The notes beneath the pieces were generated by a model. It saw nothing but the letters and a program-made list of their open reading frames with translations, had not been told where the DNA came from and searched no databases. A stretch of DNA of 63,058 nucleotides, counting the filler. It is 20 parts of 20 records of this genome, joined end to end, with 100 filler letters (N's around TTAATTAATTAA, not from the genome) between each part and the next. Parts side by side here need not be neighbours in the genome. Positions count along the whole stretch, not along the records: positions 37,577 to 40,080 come from SRR36015645_9005; positions 40,181 to 44,956 come from SRR36015645_9654; positions 45,057 to 47,366 come from SRR36015645_9913; positions 47,467 to 50,146 come from SRR36015645_10113; 16 more parts are not named here. One strand, 5' to 3'. Below, one piece after another: positions 37,577 to 49,371 of the stretch. The translations under genes were made by a program, and so were the position numbers. The first letter of the stretch is position 1. Every line of letters starts with the position of its first letter.

Positions 37577-40080
37577 AGAGCAGGGAACCTAGTTTGCGCT
37601 AGACTGGATAGGATATACGTATCCAGGACTATAAAACAAAGTGTAGCGCAGTGCAGTATTGAAGCCTGCAATCTTTCAGATCACAGCAGCTTATTTATAA
37701 AATTTGACGACAGATCAAAGAAGCATAATTCAGGAACTTGGAAATTTAATAACAGTCTACTGGATGACAATTTCTATTGCGACATGGTGGTTGCTTTTAT
37801 TCAAGACTTTTGCAAAAATAAGAGGGATTATGCAACTCTAGGCGAATGGTGGGACGTCTTCAAAAGCCACATCAAGTGCATGTCCATCAAGTACAGTGTG
37901 GAAAAGTCAAGAGGGGACCGTTTGCAAATTAAGACACTGCATAATGAGATAAACAACATGTATCGAGACACAAATGGTAGAGAAATAAATGATGAATTAG
38001 AAAACAAGCAGGCTATGCTAAACGAACTATTAAAGAATAAAGCACAGGGAGCCTTAATAAGAAGCAAGTTCAGGCATTTGCAACAGACAGATACGCCTTC
38101 AAGTTACTTTTTCAACCTTGAAAAGGAAAGATGTGCCACAAAAGTCATCAAGAATTTAAAAATAAGTGAGAACGCAGTAACGAGCAACCCGGAAAAAATA
38201 AGAGAGTTTATATTGAACTTTTATCGAAACCTCTATGATACTGAAGGTATTTCCAGTGACGCAGTAGATGAGATTTTAAAAGACATACCAAAGCTTTCAG
38301 ATGAAGATAAAGACCAGTTAGAAGTGCCGATATCCATAGCTGAATTTGATGCAGCCGTCAAACAATTTCAAAATAACAAAAGCCCAGGCATAGATGGTAT
38401 TACCATAGAATGGTACAAAAAATTCTGGTGCCATATAAGGACACACTTATTTGAGATGTTTGAAGAATCCATCAACCGGCATGAGCTTCCACTAACGCTG
38501 AGAATTGCTATTATATGTCTAATTCTGAAAAAGCTCGCAGATCATACAGAGATCAAGAACTACAGGCCTATTTCCTTGTTATGTACCGACTACAAGATAT
38601 TCACAAAAGTTATATCAAATAGGACGAAAAAAGTAATCGGTACAATAGTGAACCCAGATCAGACATGTGCTGTGCCTGGGCGCCGAATTCACGACAACAT
38701 AAACTTTCTTAGGGACGTCTTGTTTTATGCCAACGAAAATCAGATAAGCATGGCTATACTATCCATGGACCAAGAAAAGGCGTTCGACAGGATTAACCAC
38801 GAGTACCTTATAAAGGCTCTTGCAGCATTTGGATTTGGACCATATTACATCTCTTGCATTAGTATTTTGTACAAAGATGCGTTGAGCTATATCAAGCTTC
38901 ACGACGGACTTGCAGGACCTATAAAATTTATGAGAGGAATACGCCAGGGAGACTCGCTTAGCATGTTACTTTACATCATTGCTATCGAACCGCTTCTGAT
39001 TTTACTGAGAAAAGTGCTAGGGAGATGTGGGTGGAAATTTAAGAATACCGAAGAGTGTACTGTACTTTCAGCGTATGCAGATGACATAAGTATCTTACTG
39101 ACTAACGAAACAGCTTTTCCAATAGTGTTAAAGCTCTTCGAGTTGTACTCATTGGCGTCAGAAGCAAAGCTGAACAATAGCAAGAGTAAAGGATTATGGG
39201 TCGGTCGCTGGATGAACCGAGAAGATAAACCGCTCAATTTTAAATGGAGTAGCGAAGGCCTCGAGGTACTTGGGGTTTACCTTGGAAATAGCCAGGCAAG
39301 CGAAAGTGTTAATTACACGAATCTAGACGAGAAAATAGCGAAAGTTTTTGGAAAGTGGAAGAACTTGAGTAAATGCCTTTCCTACAGAGGAAGATGTATA
39401 GTCGCCAACTCACTGGCAGCATCGAAGATTTGGCATACAGTCATTTCCTTATCACCACCAGCTCACCAGATTCAGAAGTGGCAACGGATACTGAACAACT
39501 TTGTGTGGAATGATGGGAAACATTGGCTTCCTGCTAATGTACTGCATATAAGTAAAGCGAAAGGTGGTCAATCGCTTGTCGAAATTTCATCGAGGATTAA
39601 GACATTCCGCCTGTTCTACACCAAAAGAATAATCAGTAGAATTGATCACCCGAGCCAGAAAATGTTTGATGATATCCTCAGCACATATGGTAACCTGGGA
39701 TACACGAACGAGGTTTTTAAAATAAACTTAAGTGACGATTTGATAAGACAATTACCAAAGTTTTACCAGGAAATGCTACATACATGGAAAGCTCTTGGCA
39801 TAAAACGTCGAAGTTTCCCACAGTCTTTGCAGGATATGCTTCGTGAACCACTTTTCTATAACGATTTGTTTATGGATGAAAATACTCATACACTAAAGAT
39901 GGACTACATGATTGAACAAAGGATCGTTACGGTATCGCATATCTATGACCAAAATCGGGATGTCTTCAAAAATCCCGGGGGATTTGTTAATGAGAACATG
40001 AGCCTCTTCTATGCCAGACAACTGATTTTACAAATATCCAAAGCACTGAGAATCGTTTCAACTGTGCTCCGCACCATCAA
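37577..40080 (+). mobile_element. L1/Tx1-clade LINE ORF2 (end of endonuclease + complete RT), both ends truncated
   Basis: The frame is open from the contig edge: ARLDRIY, SDH, GTWKFN, KSPGIDG, NYRPISLL, DQEKAFD, GIRQGDSLS, AYADD, LGVYLG. Confidence 0.94.
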
Positions 40081-40180
40081 NNNNNNNNNNNNNNNNNNNN
40101 NNNNNNNNNNNNNNNNNNNNNNNNTTAATTAATTAANNNNNNNNNNNNNNNNNNNNNNNNNNNNNNNNNNNNNNNNNNNN

Positions 40181-40210
40181 TACCCCACAACGCATACCCC
40201 GATGGACAAT
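40181..40210 (+). repeat. Left terminal inverted repeat TACCCCACAACGCATACCCCGATGGACAAT
   Basis: Exact reverse complement of 44927-44956. Confidence 0.93.
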
Positions 40211-40439
40211 AAAACGTTTATTTGCAATTGTTTGGGGGTCAGGCCATTTATTTCTTATTTTGACCTGGCTATATACTGTACGTGTTGCCATATTTCAGTG
40301 TCTAGGCTATTGCATGCCATGGGAAACACTGCAGCACTGCAGCACATAATCCTAGTGATAGGCCTAATTAAATATCAAAGGTATATGCCTATATATTGTT
40401 GTTTATTCCTCCTTTCTTTTTTCTTTTTAGGGGTTGACA

Positions 40440-43400
40440 ATGAGCTCGAGCAAAGAAACCTGCCCTTTATGCCAAGGGGAATTGGATCGTGAGGAGACTG
40501 TGGTGGTTCGTGAAAAGGGAGCTGAAGGTATCAATCGTGCTAGCATTGAAAGGGGTGTCGACATCAAAGTTGAAGCTGGAACTAGTGTGCACAAAACATG
40601 TCGGGCTATCCACATAAACAGCACCTCCATTGCGCTAAGCAAGAAAGGTCAGACAGATTCTGCTCAATCAGTAAAACGAAGTGCTCGTGTTTTGTTAGGA
40701 CCTGCATATGACAGTAAAACATATTGCTTTTTCTGTGAAACTGAAGTGAAGAAAATCGACCCAAAACGAAGTATTAGAGCAGATGGGGACAGTTATGGCT
40801 TTGTAAAGACAGACACGTTTGTTCATTCGATATTGGTTCATTGTAAAACACGGGCGGATGAATGGGCCATTGCTGTTGAAGGCCGCATTGCATATTTTGG
40901 GGGTGATCTTCATGCGGCCGACTGTGTTTACCACAAGTCATGCAACGTTAATTTTCGCACGATGCGCGACATTCCAAAACAATTCAGGCCTGTCGATTCC
41001 ACCAAACGCCGAAAAAGTGGAAGACCAAGGGACAGTGATCAAGATGAGGCATTCGAAAAGGTTTGCGCATTCCTAGAGGAAAACGATGAAGAACAGCTAA
41101 CGATTTCGGACCTTGCAGCTAAAATGGGAGAATTCGGACTGTCTAACAGCAAATCCGCTGCAACATCGTATGGAAATCAGTACCTCAAGGAAAAGCTTCT
41201 GGAACGATATGGAGACTCGATATTCGTGGCTGAGGGGAAGGGTGTCAAAAACATTGTAACTTTCAGAGAAAAAACCTGTCAGATTCTTCGTGATTACTAC
41301 AATTCACCTCGGGAGGACGACGAAGAAGCACAGAAACGAGCAATTCTACAAACCGCAGCAAAACTTATCAAAAGTGATATTAAAGCAACAGTTACTTCAC
41401 TGGGAGATACATATCCAACTCTGGAAGAACTAAAACTTGTAGCTGCATTGGATCACATTCCAGCAAGTTTGCGATTCTTGCTGCAGCATCTGTTTGTTGG
41501 GAAGGATACGTCCAGAAAGGTAGCTGGTATTGGACAAGCCGTTGTTCAAGCTGTGCGACCAAGGGCTGTAATTGCGCCACTACAGCTTGGTCTTGCGGTG
41601 CAAATGCACCACATGTATAGGTCACGGTTCTTGATCGATAGTCTTTCAACCATGGGGTTTTCTTCATCTTACGCAGAAGTGCAAAGGTTTGAATTGAATG
41701 CGGCTTGTTCACGTGCTCCGGATCTGTTGGGTAGTGACATTGATATGCTTGATACGTCCCTGTTATTTGCTGGAGACAATGTAGACCATAACATAATAAC
41801 CTTAGATGGAAAGGGTACCTTTCATGGAATGGGCATGATTGCCACCATCACACCAGGGAAGCAAGTTAGTCGCATTATATCGAGACAGAAAATGGCCGAC
41901 TTGAAACTTGTCGAACTGACAAAGATTGATATAATAGATTACCGCTACGCAAAGCACATCAGCCGCAACATAGATTTTCAGCCCCTCACACTTTCGTCCG
42001 CCTGTGACCGCACAGTTGACATTTTCTGGGAAATGTCCTTTCGCTTCCACCAGAGTACACCCAGTTGGCCAGGCATGATGCGATTATTGTACGACGAGTG
42101 TGAGCATCCAGGAAAATCCTCAGTCCTGTTTCTCCCAATGATAGATATGAATTCTGGGGACAAAACCTGTATCTTGTCCACCCTTGAATACCTATGTAAA
42201 CTTGCGTCAAAACACAACATGCCAGCTGTTGTCACATTCGATCAACCACTCTATTGGAAGGCTTCGGAGATCGTGAATGCAGCACCAGATGATAGCCGGA
42301 TCAGGAACGTCGTCTTAATGCTGGGGAGCTTCCATACGTTCATGAATGTGCTGGGAGCAATTGGGACATTGATGGATGGAAGTGGACTCAAGGACATCAT
42401 GGAGACTGTGTATGGCGAAAATGCCGTCGTCCATATGATGAGTGGGAAGGCGGTGCAACGAGCGTTTCGAGGGCATCTGCTGGTTGATCAATGTCTTACA
42501 CGCCAAATTGTTGCTAAAATCATGGAGGATGACCCTGACTTTCATGAGCAAGTGGAGGAACTTGAACGACTGTACACGCTGGTGGAGTCTGGTGAATGTA
42601 CCTTAGAGTCGTTGTCGAAATCAGGTTGCATTCGCAGGATTGACAAAACTGTATCTCTCAAAAAGGATGAACTGGCAGCAGCTTCCAAAACCGGCGCACT
42701 GTGGGTCAACTATCAGAAGATGTTAGGAATTGCTAGGACACTTGTTGCGGCCGATCGAATGGGGTCTTGGGAGATGCATCTCCATGCCATCTCAGCTTGT
42801 TTGCCGATATTCGCAGCAGCTGGCCATCCGAATTATCTGAAGTCGGCTCGTCTCTATCTCCAGAAGATGCGTGCATTGGAAGATGACAACCCTGAGGTGT
42901 ATCAGAAATTCCAGTCTGGGTTCCATGTAACCAGACGCAGCAACCAATACTGGGCTGGCCTTGGGACGGATCTGGTCATAGAACAGACACTAATGCGCTC
43001 ACTAAAAAGCCAAGGGGGCCTAACACGAGGAAGTGGGATGTCTGAGCACCAGAGAACAGTTTGGAGTATGTCTTTAACTGTGTCATCCGCGTACAACCTT
43101 GCCATGCAAGAACTGACCGCAAATAGTTATACAACAAGTGAACAACATAAGGAGTTGTCCACCGCCAGAGTGAATAGAGACGAGGCTGACCTTGAAATAA
43201 CTGCAGCAAAACTGGACAGTTTTACACCATTTTCAGAGGATAAGTCATTACGCAATATTATCACAGGTGTTAATGCAAATGAGGATGTGAATGTACATGA
43301 TCTGTTCACAATAGGAAATGATGTAGTTGGAAAGATGGATGGTCATTCTGTGTTCACATATTCACACAAAAGGAGTTCAAAAGTCAAGACACTCGCATCT

Positions 43401-44834
43401 AACAGAGCAGTCAAGGTTGCTGATGATCGTACGATTGATCCAGCCTTGTTGTTCCAGAGGTTCCTTGTTGTGTCGCAGACGGGTGATCTCCGGTTGGAAG
43501 AAGTCATGAAGTATGAACTCTGCCCGTATCCGATGGCATTGTTTGAAGCCAAGAACATCTTGCGCAAGCCAGATAAGCCACAACTAGCAGAAGCGATACG
43601 GAACTACGCTAAATCCAAATCGGACAACGCCGTTACCGAGACGGTCCCGGTAACAGATCACTTTGTTCTAGATGGCGGATCACTTCTACACCGCGTAAAA
43701 TGGACGGAGGGATCCACCTACAGTTCAATAGCAGATGAGTACGCCTCGTTCACGGTCAGACATTATGCCAGAGCCACTGTAGTATTTGATGGTTATGGGG
43801 TTGGGCCAAGCATAAAGGACGGTACTCATCAGCGTCGAAGTAGAACCAATGCGAACAAAGTGAACATAACAGAGACAACAAAATTTGTTGGAAAAAAGGA
43901 AGACTTCTTGTCGAACGAGGCAAATAAGGAGGCAATAATCCAGCTCATCACAGAACGTTTGCGACAGAGAGACTGTATAGTGATTCAAGCTGAAGGAGAT
44001 GCCGACGTTGACATTGCAAAAGCAGCTGTCACAATGTCTAGTTTCAAATCGACCACGCTCGTTGGAGAGGACACAGATCTCCTTGTGCTCTTGCTTCACC
44101 ATGCATCACCATCAAGCTGCACTGAACTCTATTTCCGTTCGGACAAGGGCAAATCAAATGTCTATAATATCAAGGTTCTTAAGCAGATACTTGGAGAGAC
44201 AGTCTGTAATGATCTATTGTTTCTCCATGCCTTTACCGGATGCGACTCAACGTCAAGAGTATTTGGGATCGGAAAGAAGTCGGGGTTCCAAAGAATCATC
44301 AAGAACGAAAAAGGATTCAAAGACTGTTCGAAAGCATTCTGTTCCCCAAAGCAAAGTCAGGATGTTGTGGAAACCAATGGCTGTAGGGCAATGGTGGCTT
44401 TGTTCAATGCAAGTCAGAACGACTCACTGGGATCTATCCGATACACTATGCTCTGCCAGAAAGTTGCGCGAGCTAAGACTTTCGTCACGCCAGAACGACT
44501 ACCACCGACCACTTCGGCCTGTAATTTTCACTCTCTGCGGACTTACTACCAGGTAATGGAGTGGATGGGCTGTAGTGATGGAATGGAGCCGTCTGAGTGG
44601 GGATGGAGAGTAGAAGGGGAAAAACTTGTTCCGGTGATGACAGACAAAAGTCCGGCTCCAGAGGTACTTATTCAGATGATTCACTGCAACTGTTCCGGAG
44701 GGTGCAATACGCTAAAGTGTACCTGCAGAAAGCATGGACTGGAATGCAGCAGCGCATGTGGTCATTGCCAAAATGAGAACTGTGACAATATGACTAATGA
44801 TCCAGTGATGGAAGAGGATGATGTACAAGACTGA
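40440..44834 (+). CDS. Academ-type transposase-XPG nuclease-CXC fusion protein
   Basis: GDNVD, TFDQPL, LGSFH, DLVIEQ; LDGG, VFDGY, DAD, EDTD, GCDSTS; CNCSGGC...CTC...CSSACGHC. The ATG at 40440 follows a polypyrimidine-TAG acceptor at 40428-40430. Confidence 0.85.
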   Translation: MSSSKETCPLCQGELDREETVVVREKGAEGINRASIERGVDIKVEAGTSVHKTCRAIHINSTSIALSKKGQTDSAQSVKRSARVLLGPAYDSKTYCFFCETEVKKIDPKRSIRADGDSYGFVKTDTFVHSILVHCKTRADEWAIAVEGRIAYFGGDLHAADCVYHKSCNVNFRTMRDIPKQFRPVDSTKRRKSGRPRDSDQDEAFEKVCAFLEENDEEQLTISDLAAKMGEFGLSNSKSAATSYGNQYLKEKLLERYGDSIFVAEGKGVKNIVTFREKTCQILRDYYNSPREDDEEAQKRAILQTAAKLIKSDIKATVTSLGDTYPTLEELKLVAALDHIPASLRFLLQHLFVGKDTSRKVAGIGQAVVQAVRPRAVIAPLQLGLAVQMHHMYRSRFLIDSLSTMGFSSSYAEVQRFELNAACSRAPDLLGSDIDMLDTSLLFAGDNVDHNIITLDGKGTFHGMGMIATITPGKQVSRIISRQKMADLKLVELTKIDIIDYRYAKHISRNIDFQPLTLSSACDRTVDIFWEMSFRFHQSTPSWPGMMRLLYDECEHPGKSSVLFLPMIDMNSGDKTCILSTLEYLCKLASKHNMPAVVTFDQPLYWKASEIVNAAPDDSRIRNVVLMLGSFHTFMNVLGAIGTLMDGSGLKDIMETVYGENAVVHMMSGKAVQRAFRGHLLVDQCLTRQIVAKIMEDDPDFHEQVEELERLYTLVESGECTLESLSKSGCIRRIDKTVSLKKDELAAASKTGALWVNYQKMLGIARTLVAADRMGSWEMHLHAISACLPIFAAAGHPNYLKSARLYLQKMRALEDDNPEVYQKFQSGFHVTRRSNQYWAGLGTDLVIEQTLMRSLKSQGGLTRGSGMSEHQRTVWSMSLTVSSAYNLAMQELTANSYTTSEQHKELSTARVNRDEADLEITAAKLDSFTPFSEDKSLRNIITGVNANEDVNVHDLFTIGNDVVGKMDGHSVFTYSHKRSSKVKTLASNRAVKVADDRTIDPALLFQRFLVVSQTGDLRLEEVMKYELCPYPMALFEAKNILRKPDKPQLAEAIRNYAKSKSDNAVTETVPVTDHFVLDGGSLLHRVKWTEGSTYSSIADEYASFTVRHYARATVVFDGYGVGPSIKDGTHQRRSRTNANKVNITETTKFVGKKEDFLSNEANKEAIIQLITERLRQRDCIVIQAEGDADVDIAKAAVTMSSFKSTTLVGEDTDLLVLLLHHASPSSCTELYFRSDKGKSNVYNIKVLKQILGETVCNDLLFLHAFTGCDSTSRVFGIGKKSGFQRIIKNEKGFKDCSKAFCSPKQSQDVVETNGCRAMVALFNASQNDSLGSIRYTMLCQKVARAKTFVTPERLPPTTSACNFHSLRTYYQVMEWMGCSDGMEPSEWGWRVEGEKLVPVMTDKSPAPEVLIQMIHCNCSGGCNTLKCTCRKHGLECSSACGHCQNENCDNMTNDPVMEEDDVQD

Positions 44835-44926
44835 ATATAAGAAGCCATGAGAATGCGTCACGTTATAGTAATGATAATGATACCAAATTAACTTGTTTTG
44901 GCTGAAGCAATGTGGAGTTATGCCCG

Positions 44927-44956
44927 ATTGTCCATCGGGGTATGCGTTGTGGGGTA
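44927..44956 (-). repeat. Right terminal inverted repeat
   Basis: Exact reverse complement of 40181-40210. Confidence 0.93.
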
Positions 44957-45056
44957 NNNNNNNNNNNNNNNNNNNNNNNNNNNNNNNNNNNNNNNNNNNN
45001 TTAATTAATTAANNNNNNNNNNNNNNNNNNNNNNNNNNNNNNNNNNNNNNNNNNNN

Positions 45057-45532
45057 AGGAGGAATCATACTAGATTTTCTAGAAATACTAAAAAATGTCA
45101 AGAGACACAAACACCACATAGTTGCCGTTTTTGGTTCACTCACATCTACTGCATTATACATAGTTTTAAGAATCTGTGGAGTGATAGGCAAAGCACGTTT
45201 TGTCTGTGCAGCTTTAATTTTGGTAAGGCCTTTAAGCAATAAAGTAAGGCGGAAACTGTCGAACACGATAGTCTCAAAATTTCTAAATTTATGGTATAGC
45301 TTAACACTATTTAGGTAGTTTTTTATGCTACCCACGGTCTGAAAAGATCTGCCTAAGAATTGTGCATATAAGATCACCGCATTTTCAGATGCCGGGAAAT
45401 ATGGAAAGTTGAAAAATAAGCAAAACGTAATAAAACTGCTCATATTAAGCCTTAGGTTGTACATCGAGCCCTCCGCGTACGCCTTGTCCATCGAAACATA
45501 GGCCTCACTCTTCAACGACCGAAGAAAAGTAT
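45057..45532 (-). mobile_element. Tyrosine recombinase N-terminal part (SAM-like core-binding domain to first catalytic Arg) of a DIRS-order element
   Basis: AYAEGS...FITFC...FPAS...YAQFL...SIKNYLNSVK...LLLKGL...LPITPQIL...FFSISRKS. Lies directly downstream of RT-RH on the same strand. Confidence 0.85.
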
Positions 45533-45722
45533 CTAAAATTACGCAAGGGACTCAATAATTACGTGGACTAAATTAATGAACATAATTAAAGTCTGCATAA
45601 CTTTAAATTTTAAGGGAAACAATGAAACCGAATGCACACAGCAGCTAGCGCCAGATACTGTCTGTTACTAAGCATAGGCCTACACGTACCAGTACCTACG
45701 ACTACCAAGTGAGCTACTCGTG

Positions 45723-47366
45723 TTAAAACGTGTGAGAAACCCTGAATAGGTCAAGATACAGCGATTCCTCCCTAAGGGAGACCCCTTTTGTCAAGGCAAA
45801 AAATTCCAAACTGACAGATTCGTCTTTATGCCAACGGGACAGTAAATCGGAAATTCGATTTTGTTTCGATGACAAATGTACAGCTCTAATTTCGCATTCG
45901 GACTTTGCCAAATAAAACACTAATTCGCGTAGCCATTCTTGCAAAATTGGGTTTTTTGATTTGCCTGAATTTATCACTGTTACAACCGCTTCATTGTCGC
46001 ACAGAACACTGCATCTCAGACCTTTCCAGTAATAACCCCATATTTTAACAGCAATCACAACCGCGATTAACTCCAAGATAGCTATGGCATAATGTTGCTC
46101 GATAATAAACTCAGGATATGTACCGTGGAAATATTTGCCTTGACAATAAGCGCCTAAGCCTTCTAAGCAAGCATCCGACGAAAATATTTCGTCGGGTTCA
46201 CACCATTGCTTGTAAGCAAGTAATGAGACACCATTATATTGCTGGATGAAGGTCAGCCACCACCGAATATCTTTCCGAAACTCTTTGTCCAAATGAATCC
46301 TATGACAGACCGAACTGACTCCTTTTAATTTGCATAATAGCCTACTCATGAAAACTCTACTTTGCCTGACACATTTTCCAATAAACATGAGTTTACCGAT
46401 AAGTGACTGTAGTTGTTTACCTGTACATTTTTTACGGTTAACCCAATCTTGCAAAATGTTTTGCGCTTCGGTTAAACGACATTCAGTGGTGCTAATCTGC
46501 ATCGAGCTACTATCAATGGTTATACCTAAAACATCCACTTTTGTGTTTGGTTTTACCTCCTTCTTGACGTTAGACTTTAACCCAAGGTCATTAAGCAGAC
46601 TATTCATTGTTTGAAAAGCATTAATGGCCTGGTCTTGTGACGACTCCACACCAAATAGGTCATCTATGTAGTTTTCTACAACAAAGCCCTTTTGCCACAT
46701 GGCAAAACAAACGGCGTCTGTAACCCTCTGCAAGGCCATGCAAGCGGATCTCGTGCCCATGGGGAAAACCCGATCACAGTAAAGTTTATTATCCCAGGTG
46801 TAACAAAGTAGGTGCGCATCGCGAGGGTCGACAGGGATTTGTCGAAAACTCGACTGGAGGTCAACTTTCCACATGAAACTAGCTGTACCCGCCTCAACAA
46901 CAAGTGCACCTAGTTCCATAATCGTTGGTAGTGTTAACCGGAATTTGTTACCCAAGTAGAAATCTTTCGAAATGCCAGCATTAACTGAATTTTCATTTCC
47001 GTGGCTTAGATCTAGGATAACGCGTCTGTTATTGTCACTTTTGGGAACGGTGTTTAATGGTGAGCAAACACATTTAACTATGAAGGGGTTGCGCTCGTAT
47101 GGGCCTGATATGCCGTTGGATAATTTTTCATTAGCAAGATAATTCTCTATAGCCTGCGCAAAATTCAAAGCGCCCTTATAGTTAGTCACTTCACCTTTGA
47201 CAGGAATCACGTTATAATTGAAGCCTATAGGCCAGCCAAATTCCAAGTAATCACAAATTTCTCTATCTGCATAATCACCTAATAATTCCCGCCATCGCGA
47301 AATATTTAAACAAGTTTTCAACGGGATTCGTAAGCCATTAAAGTTTGGTTTACCAGAACGCAAAAT
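45723..47366 (-). mobile_element. DIRS-order (Ngaro-like) RT-RNase H ORF, 5'-truncated
   Basis: SPLNTVPK, RRVILDLS, KVDLQSSFRQIP, PMG, NYIDD, LGITID; RNase H SSDAC, ILEL, CDN, NRISDLLSR. No methyltransferase between RH and YR. Confidence 0.88.
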
Positions 47367-47805
47367 NNNNNNNNNNNNNNNNNNNNNNNNNNNNNNNNNN
47401 NNNNNNNNNNTTAATTAATTAANNNNNNNNNNNNNNNNNNNNNNNNNNNNNNNNNNNNNNNNNNNNTCACCAAACTTTGTTGATAAATGGATATTCTACT
47501 CATCTACAGATCATCAACCCCTAGACTCTTCACAAACTATTAAGTGATACAAAAATCACAGGTATGCGGTTTTTTAAATATGTCAAATATTTTATTGTCA
47601 ACAGATAAACAGGTAATATATACATGTTTTACAAGAATGAAAATTTCATAATAATAAGCAAAATATTGGTCCTTCATGGATGTTAGGCAATAACTGTTTT
47701 ACATGTATGTTTAGCATTGTTTTTAAACCAATTGACAAATGCATGAATATTCAATATTTACCTTCTCAAACTAATTATTAGCAATATTACAAAGAAAAAT
47801 GCAAT

Positions 47806-49371
47806 ATGTCATACCAGGATCCTACCAATGGAAAATACCATTTAATTAATAGTAACTTAGAAGAACTTTCAAAATCAATTTCATTCTACTTAGAGCAATC
47901 TAAACAGTGGGAAAAGGATTTTGGAAGTGAACTACTCGATGCTAATACATATTATACAATAACAGATGACTTTTTTAGCATTGACATTTCAGAGCTTCAA
48001 TCATCATTTGAAACAATAAAAAACACTGTAAATGTAGAAGCAAACCCAGATGCCGATGTTGAACTTAACTTAGATACTTTGGAAAATAGTATAAAAGACC
48101 TTGTCTCTTCTCGGGCAGTAATCCAAGCACTTATTGAAGAAAATAAAACTAAATTCTCACCAAACCCTGCTCCAAAACGACCTACACAACCAAAAATGAA
48201 TCGTCATAACACCCCAAAAATTCAAAAGTTCAAGGCTGATAATAGTATTAATGTAGAAATATGGCTAAATCAATTTCACAGTTTTGCCCAATTACAAAAT
48301 TGGGATCCAGAAACAAAATTGTTTGCATTTCCCTTATTTCTGGAAGATCACGCCCTTCTATGGTTTAACTCTTTAACACCTACACAGAAGTGTAAGATAG
48401 GTTCAACTAAACCAAATCTCGACAGAATTCTCGACGAATTCCTTAAAAACTTTAAGGAACCAGAGTCTCTACAACAAATTAGATTGATAGAGTTAACAAG
48501 CAGTAAACAAAAAACCGAAGAAAATGTTGATGACTTTATTAAAAGAATCATGAATGAAGCTTTAGCATGTGGTCAAGGTTCTAATGACCAAATAAAACTA
48601 AACGTTTTGATAGGGGGGGTACGTAATTCGATCAGGAAATTCCTCATGGAACAAAATCCTAAAACATTTGCAGAAGGATGTGATCTAGCCAGAAAATCTC
48701 AAGGGATTAATAATATAACCCAAATTGATGATTTTTCCATTTCAAGCATGTTAAAACAAACGGTGGATGATCGTATGAAAAAACTTGAAGAAAAACTTGA
48801 GCAATTTTCTCCAACAGCATCAGTAAATTTTGCACAACCTTTTGATGCAAATTATCAAAATTTTCGTGGGCGTAATTCCGCATATGATAATTATCAAAAC
48901 CAACCAAGGGAATATACCCCTCAACCAAGAAGGGAATATATCCCTGGGCCACCAGGTGGATTCCAAAATTATCAAAGGCAAAACTTCGCACAAAATCGTT
49001 TTCAAAATTTTCCACGGCAAAATTTTTCACAAAATAGGAATGTAACATTTCCTAATACTTCTTCATATCAAAATAGACAGCAGCCACCATTTTGGTCAGG
49101 CCCTAGGAATCAATTTCAAACAACTTGGCAAAATCAAAATCAAAACGTTGATGCAAAACCACGAGAAGGTTACGGTTACAATCCGGATAAATCTGGTTAT
49201 ATACAAAATAAACCTTCAACCACCGCTGGTTTTACATGCATTCGCTGTGGAGATAATCGCAGAGCTCATCAAATGAAAGATTGCCCTGCATTATCTGTAT
49301 ATTGTCATAAATGCAATAAGATAGGCCACTTTGCTCGTGTTTGCCTATCTAAACCTCAAAGTCAACAATGA
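47806..49371 (+). mobile_element. gag: Gypsy/Ty3 gag
   Basis: Capsid-like WLNQF...LEDHALLWF...KQKTEENVDDF, Q/N-rich linker, two knuckles CIRCG...H...C and CHKCNKIGHFARVC. Confidence 0.88.

Larger units (their letters stand above)
40181..44956 (+). mobile_element. Near-complete Academ-type DNA transposon bounded by inverted repeats
   Basis: Perfect 30-bp inverted repeats at both contig ends enclose one 1464-aa transposase-XPG ORF. Confidence 0.85.

Noticed and set aside
45057..47366. RT next to a tyrosine recombinase as a prokaryotic retron, DGR or phage integrase system
   Set aside because: The RT-RNase H motifs and gene order are those of eukaryotic DIRS-order retrotransposons.
47668..47680. 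TGGTCCTTC as a primer-binding site upstream of gag
   Set aside because: Only about 9 nt resemble a tRNA 3' end and no LTR end (CA) directly precedes it.
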